Positions 47,641-57,568 of a stretch of DNA of 64,000 nt are shown one piece after another. The position numbers were made by a program, and so were the translations under genes. Source of the stretch: an archaeon (GTDB lineage: Archaea > Nanobdellota > Nanobdellia > Pacearchaeales > DTIR01); contig JAZDNM010000003.1 in assembly GCA_043799715.1 (NCBI GenBank), forward strand, positions 220,986-284,985, read 5' to 3'. The notes under the pieces were generated by a model, which was not told where the DNA came from, made no database searches, and was given only the letters and a program-made list of their open reading frames with translations. Within the stretch, counting starts at the first letter, position 1. The number at the start of each line of letters is the position of its first letter.

Positions 47641-47749
47641 TCTGTCTCTCTTTTATCTTGTAAATAACAAATATGTATTTAAATATCTTATTAGAAGATT
47701 TTTTGCAAAATCCCCCTGAAAAATTATTTTAGAAGCCCTGCTGGAAAAA

Positions 47750-48214
47750 TTATTCTGTTTTCTGCTCTGGCTGCTCTTCTTCCCTTCTTATTACTCTTAC
47801 ATTGTCGAATTTTACCGTGACTGGGATAGGCACTGCAGCTCCGAGGAGCTCAACAACAACCTCTTCCTGTCCCTTATCAACCCTTATAACCTTCGCTTTT
47901 TCCTTCTTGAACGGCTCTGCGATTATCTCAACTATGTCGCCTTTTTCCATTTTGATTGTTGATGGAGTGTATTCAAGCAGGTTCTTGATTTCCTCATAAG
48001 AAACTGTCTTGGGGATTATTCCCTTGATATAAGAAATATTAAAACAGGCTTCCTCTGCGGTCTCCTTGTCAGGCGACTCGAGGAATATGTATCCTTTCAA
48101 ACCATGAGTTCTGACAATGCTCTGTATCTGGATATTCTTCTTGGCTACACGCTCTGCTATCAAATCAACAACCTGGTCTTCCTTGTTTGTCGTAACCTTT
48201 AATACAAATATCAT
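47750..48214 (-). CDS. spt5: Transcription elongation factor Spt5 (NusG homologue)
   Basis: Start MIFVLKVTTNKE. NGN domain plus the KOW motif GDIVEIIAEPFKKEKAKVIRVD. Confidence 0.8.
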   Translation of the reverse strand: MIFVLKVTTNKEDQVVDLIAERVAKKNIQIQSIVRTHGLKGYIFLESPDKETAEEACFNISYIKGIIPKTVSYEEIKNLLEYTPSTIKMEKGDIVEIIAEPFKKEKAKVIRVDKGQEEVVVELLGAAVPIPVTVKFDNVRVIRREEEQPEQKTE

Positions 48215-48393
48215 TTTATTTTCATCAGCGTCATTGCAACGCCTATTACGAATCCTATGAATCCTATTATAAGCATTCCTATCAGTGAAACTCTCGCGAT
48301 TATTTTGAACTCCTCCTTGCTTGGCTTTCTCAAAACCTGCCAAACCCTCGAACACTTAAGCATAAAATCCTTAACCTGAACGAGAAATTTCAT
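48211..48393 (-). CDS. secE: Preprotein translocase subunit SecE/Sec61-gamma
   Basis: 60 aa with a C-terminal TM helix. Immediately upstream of spt5, the conserved archaeal gene pair. Confidence 0.7.
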   Translation of the reverse strand: MKFLVQVKDFMLKCSRVWQVLRKPSKEEFKIIARVSLIGMLIIGFIGFVIGVAMTLMKIK

Positions 48394-48457
48394 TTTACTG
48401 AAGATATGATTAAAAACAAATTGCGGGTGTTTTTAAACGTTTTGATTTGTGCGGGGA

Positions 48458-48817
48458 TTATTTGATTATTCCTAAAGATGCCATTTCCCCAATAATTGCT
48501 TCACTAACTTTCCAAGATAATTCTGGAAAGTCCTCTTTTATCTTAGTCCAAATCCACATCTCTTGGGTAAAATAAGGCATAGGATTTCCCTTCTCTTTTT
48601 CTTTAAGTTCTTCTGTTTGGTTTATATTAAAAATTATATGATACGCCTCGTGCAGTACAAATAGTTCAATCAATTCTGGGGGATTTTCCCTTCCGATTCT
48701 ATTTCCTTCTGGGTGAGTTGAACCTCCCAAACCCTCTACAATAATCACTGGAAATTCAAAATTATATTTCTCAATTAATCTTTTCTTTGCAGAATTTATT
48801 TGTTCTTCAAATTCCAT
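48458..48817 (-). CDS. Small HExxH-motif protein (putative mini zinc metallopeptidase)
   Basis: 119 aa with FVLHEAYHII (HEAYH). Confidence 0.35.
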   Translation of the reverse strand: MEFEEQINSAKKRLIEKYNFEFPVIIVEGLGGSTHPEGNRIGRENPPELIELFVLHEAYHIIFNINQTEELKEKEKGNPMPYFTQEMWIWTKIKEDFPELSWKVSEAIIGEMASLGIIK

Positions 48818-49020
48818 TATTAATTTAGAAGATGGATTTATATGTAGCCAGAACTCCCGCTAAGGAAAACCCACCAATTACAGACCAAAAAAGGAATTTT
48901 ATATCTGCCACCCAACCAATAGTAAAGACTTCATAAAGAGATAAAAGCAAGACTATTAGAGAGATTACAAAAATTATTTTCTTAGTTATCATTTTATCGG
49001 TCCTTATCCCCTGCAGAACT

Positions 49021-50118
49021 CTACTCTTCAATAAAATCAATTCCCAATTCTTCTGAGATTGCCCTTGTTTTTTTGTCCTTGGTGCCCTCGCCGGGCCCAA
49101 GAATCTGGGGGCTCTTGACGCCTGTCACAATGAGCATTACCCTTACAGTTTTTTCCATGTCCTCGCTTATCTGCGCTCCCCAGATTAATTTTGCCTCTGG
49201 GTTTAATCTCTTGTTTATTGTTTCAAGAATTTTCCTTGCCTCATCCAAACTCAAGTCAGGCCCGCCTATGATATTGACTAATGCGCCTGTTGCTCCTGAA
49301 ACATCAACATCAAGCAGTGGATTCTGAAGTGCTTTTTCAACTGCCTCCTGCGCCCTATCCTGGGAATCAGATTCTCCCAAGCCAATCAATGCAACTCCGC
49401 CGCCTGTCATCACTGCCTTTATGTCAGCGAAATCAAGATTTACAAGCCCTGATTTTGTGATTACTTCTGTAGTGCCCTTGACTGCATTTGTAAGTATCTC
49501 ATCAGCAACCTTGAATGCAGTGTGCAGCGGAAGCTCTGGAGCAAGCTCAAGAAGCTTATCATTGGGTATAACAATCAGAGTGTCAACAATTGACTCAAGT
49601 TTTTCCAGTCCGAATAATGCGTTCTCATATCTTTTCTGCCCTTCAATTGAAAACGGCATTGTAACAACAGCGATTGTCAATGCTCCCTGTTTTTTTGCCA
49701 TCTCTGCGACAACAGGTGCAGAGCCTGTTCCTGTCCCGCCTCCAAGCCCGCAGGTTATGAATACCATGTCGCTGCCTGCAAGCGCCTGCTTTATCTCATG
49801 TTCAGATTCTCTTGCAGATTCCTCGCCTATTCTCGGGTTGCTTCCTGCACCAAGCCCCTGGGTTAATTCTTTTCCTATTAAAATTTTATAATCGGCATCA
49901 GTGTAAAGCAAGTCCTGCGCATCAGTGTTTATTGCTACAAGTTCTGCCCCTTTAATCCCTATTTCCTTCATCCTGCTGAGCGTGTTTCCTCCGCCGCCCC
50001 CGCATCCGACAACCCTTATGTTTGCCTTTCTTTTTGAAAGAATCTCCTCGAGCTCCCTGTCTACATCCTGTGTCCTAGAATCAGAAACTCTCGCCCCTTT
50101 TTCCTTCATCTCAGCCAT
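49021..50118 (-). CDS. ftsZ: Cell division GTPase FtsZ
   Basis: Tubulin signature [14 protein letters not shown]. 365 aa. Confidence 0.9.
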   Translation of the reverse strand: MAEMKEKGARVSDSRTQDVDRELEEILSKRKANIRVVGCGGGGGNTLSRMKEIGIKGAELVAINTDAQDLLYTDADYKILIGKELTQGLGAGSNPRIGEESARESEHEIKQALAGSDMVFITCGLGGGTGTGSAPVVAEMAKKQGALTIAVVTMPFSIEGQKRYENALFGLEKLESIVDTLIVIPNDKLLELAPELPLHTAFKVADEILTNAVKGTTEVITKSGLVNLDFADIKAVMTGGGVALIGLGESDSQDRAQEAVEKALQNPLLDVDVSGATGALVNIIGGPDLSLDEARKILETINKRLNPEAKLIWGAQISEDMEKTVRVMLIVTGVKSPQILGPGEGTKDKKTRAISEELGIDFIEE

Positions 50119-50149
50119 CTCTCTTAAAATGGCTCCAAGTTTATAAAGT

Positions 50150-50677
50150 TTATTGTGATTTTTTCTTCGGCTTTGGCTTTTGCCTTGAAGGTTTTGTCTT
50201 TGCCTTGGCTCTTGGTTTTGATTTCTTTGTTACTGGGATTTGCTGGGGAAGCTGCTGCCTTATGATTCCTGCCTGCCTCAGCTGGTTCTGCAGTATTGTG
50301 TTCTCAATTGTAAGCCTCTTTGCTATTGAATCATAATTATGCAGCCTCGCAACAAGAAGATTAAGAACTGCATTCGCCTCATTAAGCGTCAGCTTTATTT
50401 CATACGGATTGATAATTTCAACAGAACTTGGCATGTAGGAAAAGCAGATTTCTGCCAGTCTTGAAAGCTCACTAACTTTTATCTCAACTTCTGCAAACGA
50501 GAAGAACATGCCGCTTGCCTTGCCTGACTCCTTTGGCTCGAATATTTTCTTTTTTTCTATCTGGCATTGGCTTTCGTTCCCCAGTCTTTCAACAAGCTGC
50601 TCCATTGCAGATGCCAGATGCTCTACAGGCCTTCCGAGCATTTCAATAACCAGTACTGCAGTAAGTTTATACTCCAT
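50150..50677 (-). CDS. Hypothetical protein adjacent to ftsZ with a basic C-terminal tail
   Basis: 175 aa. C-terminus [25 protein letters not shown]. Confidence 0.4.
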   Translation of the reverse strand: MEYKLTAVLVIEMLGRPVEHLASAMEQLVERLGNESQCQIEKKKIFEPKESGKASGMFFSFAEVEIKVSELSRLAEICFSYMPSSVEIINPYEIKLTLNEANAVLNLLVARLHNYDSIAKRLTIENTILQNQLRQAGIIRQQLPQQIPVTKKSKPRAKAKTKPSRQKPKPKKKSQ

Positions 50678-52109
50678 TTTCCCTTGTCCTTATGATCATC
50701 CGCCTTGCAAGGAAGCAAACTGCAGCCATAAGCATTGCTGAAAGGAATATTGTCCCGACAAGCTTCCTGTCAACCCCTGCTTTTGATGAATACACTGCTT
50801 TTCCTGTCGCTGCCTGCTTTGCAGAAGATGCAGTGCTGAAATTTTGTGCATTTAAATTAGTTTCCATTTCTCCCTGCTCTGAAATTTTGTGCATCTCAAG
50901 CAGCGAAACTGCAAAATTAAAGTCCTTTGGAATTTTTCTGCTGCTTCTTAAAATCTGGACTTTTAAGGTGTAATCTCCTGGCTCTGCATCAGTTACAGAA
51001 TTGCTGAGTATGACTGTATTTTTTGAATTCGCATTGATTTCAACCTGCTGTATATTTCCATTCCTGTTTTCTTCTGGAATGCAGGAATAGCACTTGCTTC
51101 CCCTGAAAACATAGCTCCATACTTCAAATTTTGCCTTTATGTCCTTGTTGTTCCTTATCTCAACTGATGTTGTGAATGTCTCGTTTATTCTTGTTGTTTC
51201 CTGAGGAAGGATAAAATATTCAAAATCAGGAAGGCAGAGCGTGCTGTTTTCATTTAATGTTAGGGATTTATTTATTCTTTCATCAAGCCCTTCAATAATC
51301 AATCTGAATGTTAAATTTTCATCAACATTGCATCTCTCTTCTAGATCTATGGATGCAGTAAAAGTGAAGTTCGCGGACTTGTTATCTGCGTGAAAGACAA
51401 GCTCTTCTGTGGCTCTTTCCTCCTCGCTGTCCTCAATCCAGAGACGAACTGCATATTTTGCAGTGTTGTTCCTGTAGCCGCTGAGATTTATGCTGATTGA
51501 TGAGCCGAAATATGCTTCTGGTGGAACTTCTATGAACTCAAGCATGCAGGGATGTTCCTGGTTAGTTTGATTCTGCTGCTGTGTTTGGTTTGTCTGGTTC
51601 TGCTGGGGGATTTGCTGAACTGTGCAGTTGTTTGCTGTTCCGGGAGTCGGCGTGCAGTTCAGCCATGCTGTTCCGTTATATCCAAAAGATTTTCCGCTTT
51701 GCTTTAGGTTTTCATTCCATGAGAATGAACTTATCAAAGCAGATGAGTTGTCATAGAGATAAATTGTTTCGTTATCATCATTTAACCCGCTGCCGATAGT
51801 TGACAATCCAGCACAGCTTTCATTGGACAGATTAAAATTTGAGCATCCTATTGAAGAATCAGCTATTATTGCAAATCCGTAAGGGGCAATTGTCAGGCTG
51901 ATAGAATCATTTGAAACTGCATCAGCAATTTTCCAGTTGGTTAAGTTCAGCATTGAATTCTCATTATTATAAATCTCAACCCACTCATCCCCGTAGGAAT
52001 TATTGCTATGGGGCATAACCTCATTTATCATTACTGAGGCGGATGCATAAGAGATATTTAGGAATATTAAAAAGAATGATAAAATCAGGATGCCTCTTTT
52101 TCCAAGCAT
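50667..52109 (-). CDS. Secreted protein with an N-terminal lamin-tail-domain (LTD)-like module and C-terminal TM anchor
   Basis: Signal peptide, then INEVMPHSNNSYGDEWVEIYN, which is LTD-like. Many sequons. C-terminal helix LVGTIFLSAMLMAAVCFLA. Confidence 0.6.
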   Translation of the reverse strand: MLGKRGILILSFFLIFLNISYASASVMINEVMPHSNNSYGDEWVEIYNNENSMLNLTNWKIADAVSNDSISLTIAPYGFAIIADSSIGCSNFNLSNESCAGLSTIGSGLNDDNETIYLYDNSSALISSFSWNENLKQSGKSFGYNGTAWLNCTPTPGTANNCTVQQIPQQNQTNQTQQQNQTNQEHPCMLEFIEVPPEAYFGSSISINLSGYRNNTAKYAVRLWIEDSEEERATEELVFHADNKSANFTFTASIDLEERCNVDENLTFRLIIEGLDERINKSLTLNENSTLCLPDFEYFILPQETTRINETFTTSVEIRNNKDIKAKFEVWSYVFRGSKCYSCIPEENRNGNIQQVEINANSKNTVILSNSVTDAEPGDYTLKVQILRSSRKIPKDFNFAVSLLEMHKISEQGEMETNLNAQNFSTASSAKQAATGKAVYSSKAGVDRKLVGTIFLSAMLMAAVCFLARRMIIRTRENGV

Positions 52110-52143
52110 GAGAATGTTTAGAGAAGGGAATATTTAAAATTTT

Positions 52144-53154
52144 TTAATTGAAAATTCCTGCAATTTTCTCATTGCAGAACCTGCATCTGCCTTTCTCTAT
52201 GTAATTCTTGAAGACAAAATAGCCCTGCCTTATAATCAGCTGCTTTTTGCATTTCGGGCAGCATGTTGCATTTGCTTCGCTGTCATTTATGTTTCCTGTG
52301 TAGACATATTTCAATCCTGCCCTGAGCGCAATGTCTTTTGCCCTGATTATTGTTTTTTCAGGCGTCGGCTGCAGGTTAGCCATCTTGAATGTGGGATGGA
52401 ATGCTGAAAGGTGCAATGGAATGTTCTTGTCAATTTTTGCAATGTATCCTGCAAGTTCTTTTATCTCCTCCTCGCTGTCATTTAGTTTAGGAATTATGAG
52501 GTTTGTGAGCTCAAGCCAGATTTTGTTTTTGTGCAGCATTTTTATTGAGTCAAGCACTGGCTCAATGCTGCCATCGCAGATTTTCCTGTAGAATTTTTCT
52601 GAAATTGACTTCAAATCTATATTTGCCGCATCAATGTATCTGCAAAGCTCATTCAGCGGCTCAGGATTTATGAAGCCGTTGCTCACAAGAACATTTTTTA
52701 TTCCTTTTTCTCTTGCAATCTTCGCTGTGTCAAGCATGTACTCATAGAACACAGTCGGCTCTGTATAGGTGTATGCGATAATGCTGCACTCCGCATCAAT
52801 TGTTTTCTGGACAATCTCTTCAGGAGACATGGTTATTGAAGGATAGTATTCAGGGCGCTCCTGCGAGATTTGCCAGTTCTGGCACTGCTGGCAGTGCAGA
52901 TTGCAGCCGACTGTTGCGATGCTCATTGCCTGCTGCCCGGGCATAAAGTGATATAGCGGCTTTTTTTCTATAGGGTCGGGGTTCATGCTGCAGAGTTTCC
53001 CGTAAACAATGCTGCGCAGAATGCCTTCCTGATTTTCCCTTACATTGCAGTTTCCCCTTTCGCCATTCTTGATTGTGCAGAATTTTGGGCAGAGCTGGCA
53101 CTGCACAGTCTTGTTCTTAAGTTTCCTGTAATAAAGAGCTTCTTTTTCCTGCAT
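52144..53154 (-). CDS. AmmeMemoRadiSam-system radical SAM enzyme (PFL-activase-like)
   Basis: CQLCPKFCTIKNGERGNC and GCNLHCQQCQNW (CX3CX2C). 336 aa. Confidence 0.8.
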   Translation of the reverse strand: MQEKEALYYRKLKNKTVQCQLCPKFCTIKNGERGNCNVRENQEGILRSIVYGKLCSMNPDPIEKKPLYHFMPGQQAMSIATVGCNLHCQQCQNWQISQERPEYYPSITMSPEEIVQKTIDAECSIIAYTYTEPTVFYEYMLDTAKIAREKGIKNVLVSNGFINPEPLNELCRYIDAANIDLKSISEKFYRKICDGSIEPVLDSIKMLHKNKIWLELTNLIIPKLNDSEEEIKELAGYIAKIDKNIPLHLSAFHPTFKMANLQPTPEKTIIRAKDIALRAGLKYVYTGNINDSEANATCCPKCKKQLIIRQGYFVFKNYIEKGRCRFCNEKIAGIFN

Positions 53155-53214
53155 CTATTTTCTGGGAAACCGGAATTTAAAAGGTTTTTTAAATAATAAT
53201 CCGCAAGAGAGATA

Positions 53215-53649
53215 ATGGAAAGCAAAGCTCCTGAAGTTACTGTCGGGGCGCTGGTTTTCAATGCTGCTGGAAAGCTTTTTCTTGTGAAATCCCATAAATG
53301 GCGCGACAAGTATGCCATCCCGGGAGGGCATATAGAGCTTGGCGAGACTGCTGAAGAGGCGCTGAAAAGGGAGATTATGGAAGAGACAGGAATGAATATA
53401 TCTGGCTTGGAATTTATAGGATTTCAGGAGCATGTGTTTGACACTGCTTTCTGGAAAAAAAAGCATTTTATCTTTCTTGATTTTGCGTGCAAAACAGATT
53501 TCCCAGAGAACGGGAAAATCCAGCTGAATGATGAAGGGCAGAGTTATATCTGGGTTGATGCGAAAGAGGCATTGAAAATGGATGTTGAGCCCTATACCAA
53601 AAAGACAATTGAGAATTATCTTTATATTAAGGGCAGGAAAAATTTATAA
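53215..53649 (+). CDS. NUDIX hydrolase
   Basis: Nudix box GGHIELGETAEEALKREIMEETG. Confidence 0.8.
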   Translation: MESKAPEVTVGALVFNAAGKLFLVKSHKWRDKYAIPGGHIELGETAEEALKREIMEETGMNISGLEFIGFQEHVFDTAFWKKKHFIFLDFACKTDFPENGKIQLNDEGQSYIWVDAKEALKMDVEPYTKKTIENYLYIKGRKNL

Positions 53650-53682
53650 TAGCTGTCTGCCTTGTAGTTTTGGAGGTGTAAA

Positions 53683-54390
53683 GTGAAAAGAGGTATTTTT
53701 TTAGGGGTATTTATTGCAATAACAATCATGTTTTCTCTTGCAGTGGCGATAGCTGCATCAGGGAACTCCGGTTTGGCAACAGGCGCTGGAAATGGCGATA
53801 GCTCTGTTTCAGCAGCCAATAATAAGGCTGCAAGTATAAAGGCAAGCGCGGCAATGATAAGAGAGCGTGTTGAAGAAGAGATTGGAGCAAGAAACATAAG
53901 CGAACTGAAAATAATGATAGCCGAGAGAAAACAGAAGATGGAAATGCAGAGGGTAGGCATGGATAAGAAAGAGCAGAAGGTTTACGCAAACCAGAATGCT
54001 GTCAGAACTGCGGTTCATGCTCTTCTTGCAGTAAGAAATCTCACTGGAGGAATAGGCAAGAATGTTTCAGCAATTGCTGTTGAGTTTAACAACTCTGTCC
54101 AGAACACAATAAAAGCCGAGGCAAAGATAGAGAAGAGAAGCAAAATTGCAAGGATATTCTTTGGCGGGGATGATTCTGCTGCTGAGGAAATTGAGGCGAA
54201 TGTTGAACAGAACAAGCTCAGGATAGAGAACATGAATCAGCTCATGGACAATTGCAACTGCAGTGCTGAGGTAAAAGCGGTAATGCAGGAGCAGGTTCAG
54301 AATATGGAACTTGAGCAGGCAAGATTGAAGCAGGTTGCAAAAGCAGAAGTTAAGAGCAAAGGAATTCTTGGCTGGCTGTTCAAGAGATAG
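53683..54390 (+). CDS. Secreted coiled-coil protein (hypothetical)
   Basis: Signal peptide, then Ala/Glu/Lys-rich helical repeats. Confidence 0.4.
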   Translation: MKRGIFLGVFIAITIMFSLAVAIAASGNSGLATGAGNGDSSVSAANNKAASIKASAAMIRERVEEEIGARNISELKIMIAERKQKMEMQRVGMDKKEQKVYANQNAVRTAVHALLAVRNLTGGIGKNVSAIAVEFNNSVQNTIKAEAKIEKRSKIARIFFGGDDSAAEEIEANVEQNKLRIENMNQLMDNCNCSAEVKAVMQEQVQNMELEQARLKQVAKAEVKSKGILGWLFKR

Positions 54391-54438
54391 GAAAAGTTAG
54401 TTTTCTTTTTTTTGTTTTGATTTTTTGGCTGTTAGTTT

Positions 54439-54795
54439 CTACTTTGCAAACTCGTCAAAAGTCATGCCTTTCTTTTTTGCTGTTTCAAGCGAGATAGCAA
54501 GTCCTGACTTGGTTTTTTCTATGTCTCTTGGCTTCAAAAAGAACCAGCCCTGCCTGTTGAACTTTACTGCTATGATTGGCTGCAAGCCGAATATCTCTGA
54601 AAAAATAAGGAAGTTTTCAATCTGATGCTTGTCAAGATACCTTTTCTTTGACTTGCATGACTTCACTTCAATTGCATATTTTTTCTTGAACTTGCCTGCA
54701 AGCAAATCGCATGAATCATCAGAAGCTTGGGAGGAATGAGACATCAAGCCAGAGCCTGCGACTCTCACGCATGCGAAATTCGCGTCGCACATCAT
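54439..54795 (-). CDS. hjc: Holliday junction resolvase Hjc; ATG-bounded ORF lacks the conserved N-terminus
   Basis: VRVAGSG and AIEVKS (E-x-K) motifs align with Pfu/Sso Hjc. The in-frame upstream codons encode KGAAAERELL, which matches the Hjc catalytic N-terminus. Confidence 0.65.
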   Translation of the reverse strand: MMCDANFACVRVAGSGLMSHSSQASDDSCDLLAGKFKKKYAIEVKSCKSKKRYLDKHQIENFLIFSEIFGLQPIIAVKFNRQGWFFLKPRDIEKTKSGLAISLETAKKKGMTFDEFAK

Positions 54796-54972
54796 ATGCA
54801 GCAGTTCGCGCTCTGCTGCAGCCCCTTTTTCCTTGTTTCCGATTTTGATATTCTCCTATTTTTAGATTCAAAATTGGGAACTTAAAAATTCGTCAGAATT
54901 TTTGTTGTTTCCCATATTATAAGCTCCAATAGCTGATAAGGAAATGTGTTCCTTCTATTTTTAAATTTTCCC

Positions 54973-55164
54973 TCACTCAAATATAAACAATTCATTGATT
55001 GTTGTCTTTAATGCCTTTGCGATGCCATGCGCGAGGTTCAGAGAGGGATTGTATTTTCCCTGCTCAAGAAAGAGTATCGTTTCTCTCCTGACTCCTGCTT
55101 TTTTTGCAAGTTCTTCCTGAGTCATATCAAACTTTGCTCTTAATTCTTTTATTCTGTTTCTCAT
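54973..55164 (-). CDS. XRE-family helix-turn-helix transcriptional regulator
   Basis: Start [30 protein letters not shown]. 63 aa. Confidence 0.7.
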   Translation of the reverse strand: MRNRIKELRAKFDMTQEELAKKAGVRRETILFLEQGKYNPSLNLAHGIAKALKTTINELFIFE

Positions 55165-55577
55165 TGCTCTTTCGCTGAAAAATACTTGAAAAGCAGGATG
55201 TAAAGAAGCATTGCCCCGCATGCAGTGCATGAAAGAGTAAATGCAAGCAGCTCATAAGCTGGATTTTTCGCTTTTTCTGCCATCAGGACTATTGAAGCAA
55301 GAGCCATGCCGATAACAAGAATTGTGTAAACTGCTCTTGATGTCTTTCCTGATATTTTTTCAATTCGCTCGTCATAAAGCACTTCATTGACTCTTGTCTT
55401 GAGGAAATACATCAATCCTGATGCTATGGCAAAAACTGCCAGAGGCACTATATAATTGCCAAGAACAACAAAAGCTCCTGTCACAACTGCCAGAATCATT
55501 GCGATAATCGCACTGTAAATCCTGAATTTCCTGTATTCAATCTTCTTTCCCTTGGTTTTCCTGTTGTTTTTTGCCAT
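55161..55577 (-). CDS. Membrane protein co-transcribed with the XRE regulator (DUF2178-like arrangement)
   Basis: 138 aa with 3-4 TM helices. 4-nt overlap with the regulator gene. Confidence 0.5.
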   Translation of the reverse strand: MAKNNRKTKGKKIEYRKFRIYSAIIAMILAVVTGAFVVLGNYIVPLAVFAIASGLMYFLKTRVNEVLYDERIEKISGKTSRAVYTILVIGMALASIVLMAEKAKNPAYELLAFTLSCTACGAMLLYILLFKYFSAKEQ

Positions 55578-55767
55578 TTTGTTAGATTAAAATAACATTT
55601 TGTTAGAAATACATAACATATTGCTATTTAAACATTTCGGCTTGGTTTGGGCTTTGGGTCAGGCAGAAATAGATAAATTTTAAAAGCATGATTTATGTGA
55701 TTATGAGAGGGATTATGCATGCAAATGCAGAAGCCTTTAGACAAGCTATAAGGAGGATATATATAAG

Positions 55768-56076
55768 ATGGCTATAAAGAAGAAAGTAGAGGAAGTTTCA
55801 GCTAAGGAAGAATTCGGTAACGAAGAGAGTGAAGACACAGAAGAGATTGAAGAGACCGAAAAAAGCGAGAAATCCGAAGAGAGTGAAGAAAGCTCCCAGA
55901 GTGATATGCCTCAAAGAGAGATGCATAAGATAAAGTGCTCTGACTGCGGAAATGATGCTGAAGTTCCATTCAAACCAACTGAAGGACGCCCTGTGTACTG
56001 CAGAGATTGCTTTATGAAGCACAGGAAGCCGACAAGAAGTTTCGGCGGCGGTGGCGGGTACAACAGAAGGTATTAG
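55768..56076 (+). CDS. Acidic protein with a C4 zinc ribbon and Gly/Arg-rich C-terminus
   Basis: E/S-rich N-terminus. The zinc ribbon is CSDCGN ... CRDC, followed by FGGGGGYNRRY. aggagg RBS. Confidence 0.5.
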   Translation: MAIKKKVEEVSAKEEFGNEESEDTEEIEETEKSEKSEESEESSQSDMPQREMHKIKCSDCGNDAEVPFKPTEGRPVYCRDCFMKHRKPTRSFGGGGGYNRRY

Positions 56077-56156
56077 TTGAATTCTAAAAATTCATAAGAA
56101 ATCTATTTTGATTTTTTCTTTTTCTTTTATTTTTTGCCTGGTCAGAAGTATGAGAA

Positions 56157-56756
56157 TTATCTCTTGTTTGCTCTTCTTTCAAATTCCCTGAACCAGGAAT
56201 TTTTGTAAAATTTTGAAAAGTCGCCTTTCTCCTTGTTTTCAGGGCTCAGAAATTCCTGCAGTATTCTGGCAAGTTTTACGAGATTTACTGCCTTGATTAC
56301 CTCTGCTCTTTCTGGTTTTTCACAGGCAGTTGTTTCTTTTGTTTCAAAGCTGTAAAAGCTGGAGTAATAATGAAAGCAGCTTTTCTCTATCTTGAGAAAA
56401 TCCTTTTCAGAAGGCACATAAAAAACCTCATTCTCTTTTGAAGAGGAGGAGTGGCTGCTTAAAGAATCCATAAAACTCATCTGCGGCCTGAAATTAGTTT
56501 CAAGGCTGCTTAGCAATATTCCTTTTTTGTCATAGAACTGAACTTCATTCTTAATGCGGGAGTCATATATTTTTGAGATGTCTATGTCATGCTCAAGTTT
56601 TTCCTTGTTCTCATCAAGAAACTGGGTTAGGAGAACAAGTTTGCTTTCATCAAGAGATGCAATTTCGCTGGCTGATTCAGCAAGTTTCTCATATTCTTTC
56701 AACGGGACAATATTCTCAAGCGTTAGTTTTGCCATTTTATTTTTTAGCTTATTCAA
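56157..56756 (-). CDS. Hypothetical protein (199 aa)
   Basis: ORF. 8-nt overlap with the upstream gene. Confidence 0.4.
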   Translation of the reverse strand: MNKLKNKMAKLTLENIVPLKEYEKLAESASEIASLDESKLVLLTQFLDENKEKLEHDIDISKIYDSRIKNEVQFYDKKGILLSSLETNFRPQMSFMDSLSSHSSSSKENEVFYVPSEKDFLKIEKSCFHYYSSFYSFETKETTACEKPERAEVIKAVNLVKLARILQEFLSPENKEKGDFSKFYKNSWFREFERRANKR

Positions 56757-57123
56757 CTGCTTTTCTTATTGAATCGCAGATTTCAGCAAGAGTGCTTTTC
56801 GCCTTCTCACTTTTCACAAACTTGTCATCTATGGTTGCTGTGAGAGTATAAAAGTGCCCCCTTGATACCTGTAAATGAATAACTGCTGGCTCTGCCCCTG
56901 GCACTAAAAAAGAGGACTTGTCGTCAGAATGAAATGAATTAGGAGATATATGCCCACCATGCTCAAAGGTACCCTCTGAAACAAGCAGTGTTTTTTCAAG
57001 TATCAAATCAGAGAGTTTCTTGTAGTCCTCATACATCTTATCACTCGTTTGATATTCATATCTCTTCTTTATTATCTCTGCCATTTTCAAAATTTCCTCA
57101 GAAACAGCTGAGATGCCTGACAC
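56749..57123 (-). CDS. Hypothetical protein (124 aa)
   Basis: ORF only. Confidence 0.4.
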   Translation of the reverse strand: MSGISAVSEEILKMAEIIKKRYEYQTSDKMYEDYKKLSDLILEKTLLVSEGTFEHGGHISPNSFHSDDKSSFLVPGAEPAVIHLQVSRGHFYTLTATIDDKFVKSEKAKSTLAEICDSIRKAVE

Positions 57124-57356
57124 CTCTCTTGAAAATGATAGAAACGAACTTTAAAAATCTTGCCCTCTTAAAAAACCTAAATATCCCTGGCTTGCAGCGT
57201 TTTCCTGCTGTTTGCCTTGGCTCTTGCAACTGCCTCTTTTATGATTTGCTCTATCTTCTTGTTCAGCGCAGCAGGAACATCTGACGATATGTTGATGTTT
57301 CTTGCAACTTTTTTTATATTGCTGACTACAACAAGCTTTGCCATTCCCGGGCAGAT

Positions 57357-57500
57357 TTACTTACCAAGAAGTCTGCATACTGTGATTGAGCATACCGGGC
57401 ACTTGCCCTTCAATATCCTTGTGCCTTTAGAAGTCTTGCCTTCTTTTCCGTCTTTTATCTCAACCTTCTTCTTGCACTTAACACAATAACCCTCTGTCAT
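57357..57500 (-). CDS. Small zinc-ribbon protein (47 aa), not in the ORF track
   Basis: aggaggg RBS 5 nt upstream of the ATG at 57498-57500. It encodes MTEGYCVKCKKKVEIKDGKEGKTSKGTRILKGKCPVCSITVCRLLGK, with two CxxC pairs. It resembles a widespread small zinc-ribbon family. Confidence 0.45.
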   Translation of the reverse strand: MTEGYCVKCKKKVEIKDGKEGKTSKGTRILKGKCPVCSITVCRLLGK

Positions 57501-57568
57501 TTTCCCTCCTTTTGCTTGGATTAATTATCAGGATAAGTTCTGATTTATAAATGTTTGGAAAATTAAGT

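Noticed and set aside
48825-49100. 91-aa minus-strand ORF overlapping the ftsZ 3' end by 80 nt
   Set aside because: The overlap with a confidently called ftsZ makes the long form unlikely. A shorter 56-aa membrane peptide starting at the internal Met (48995) is possible but unsupported.
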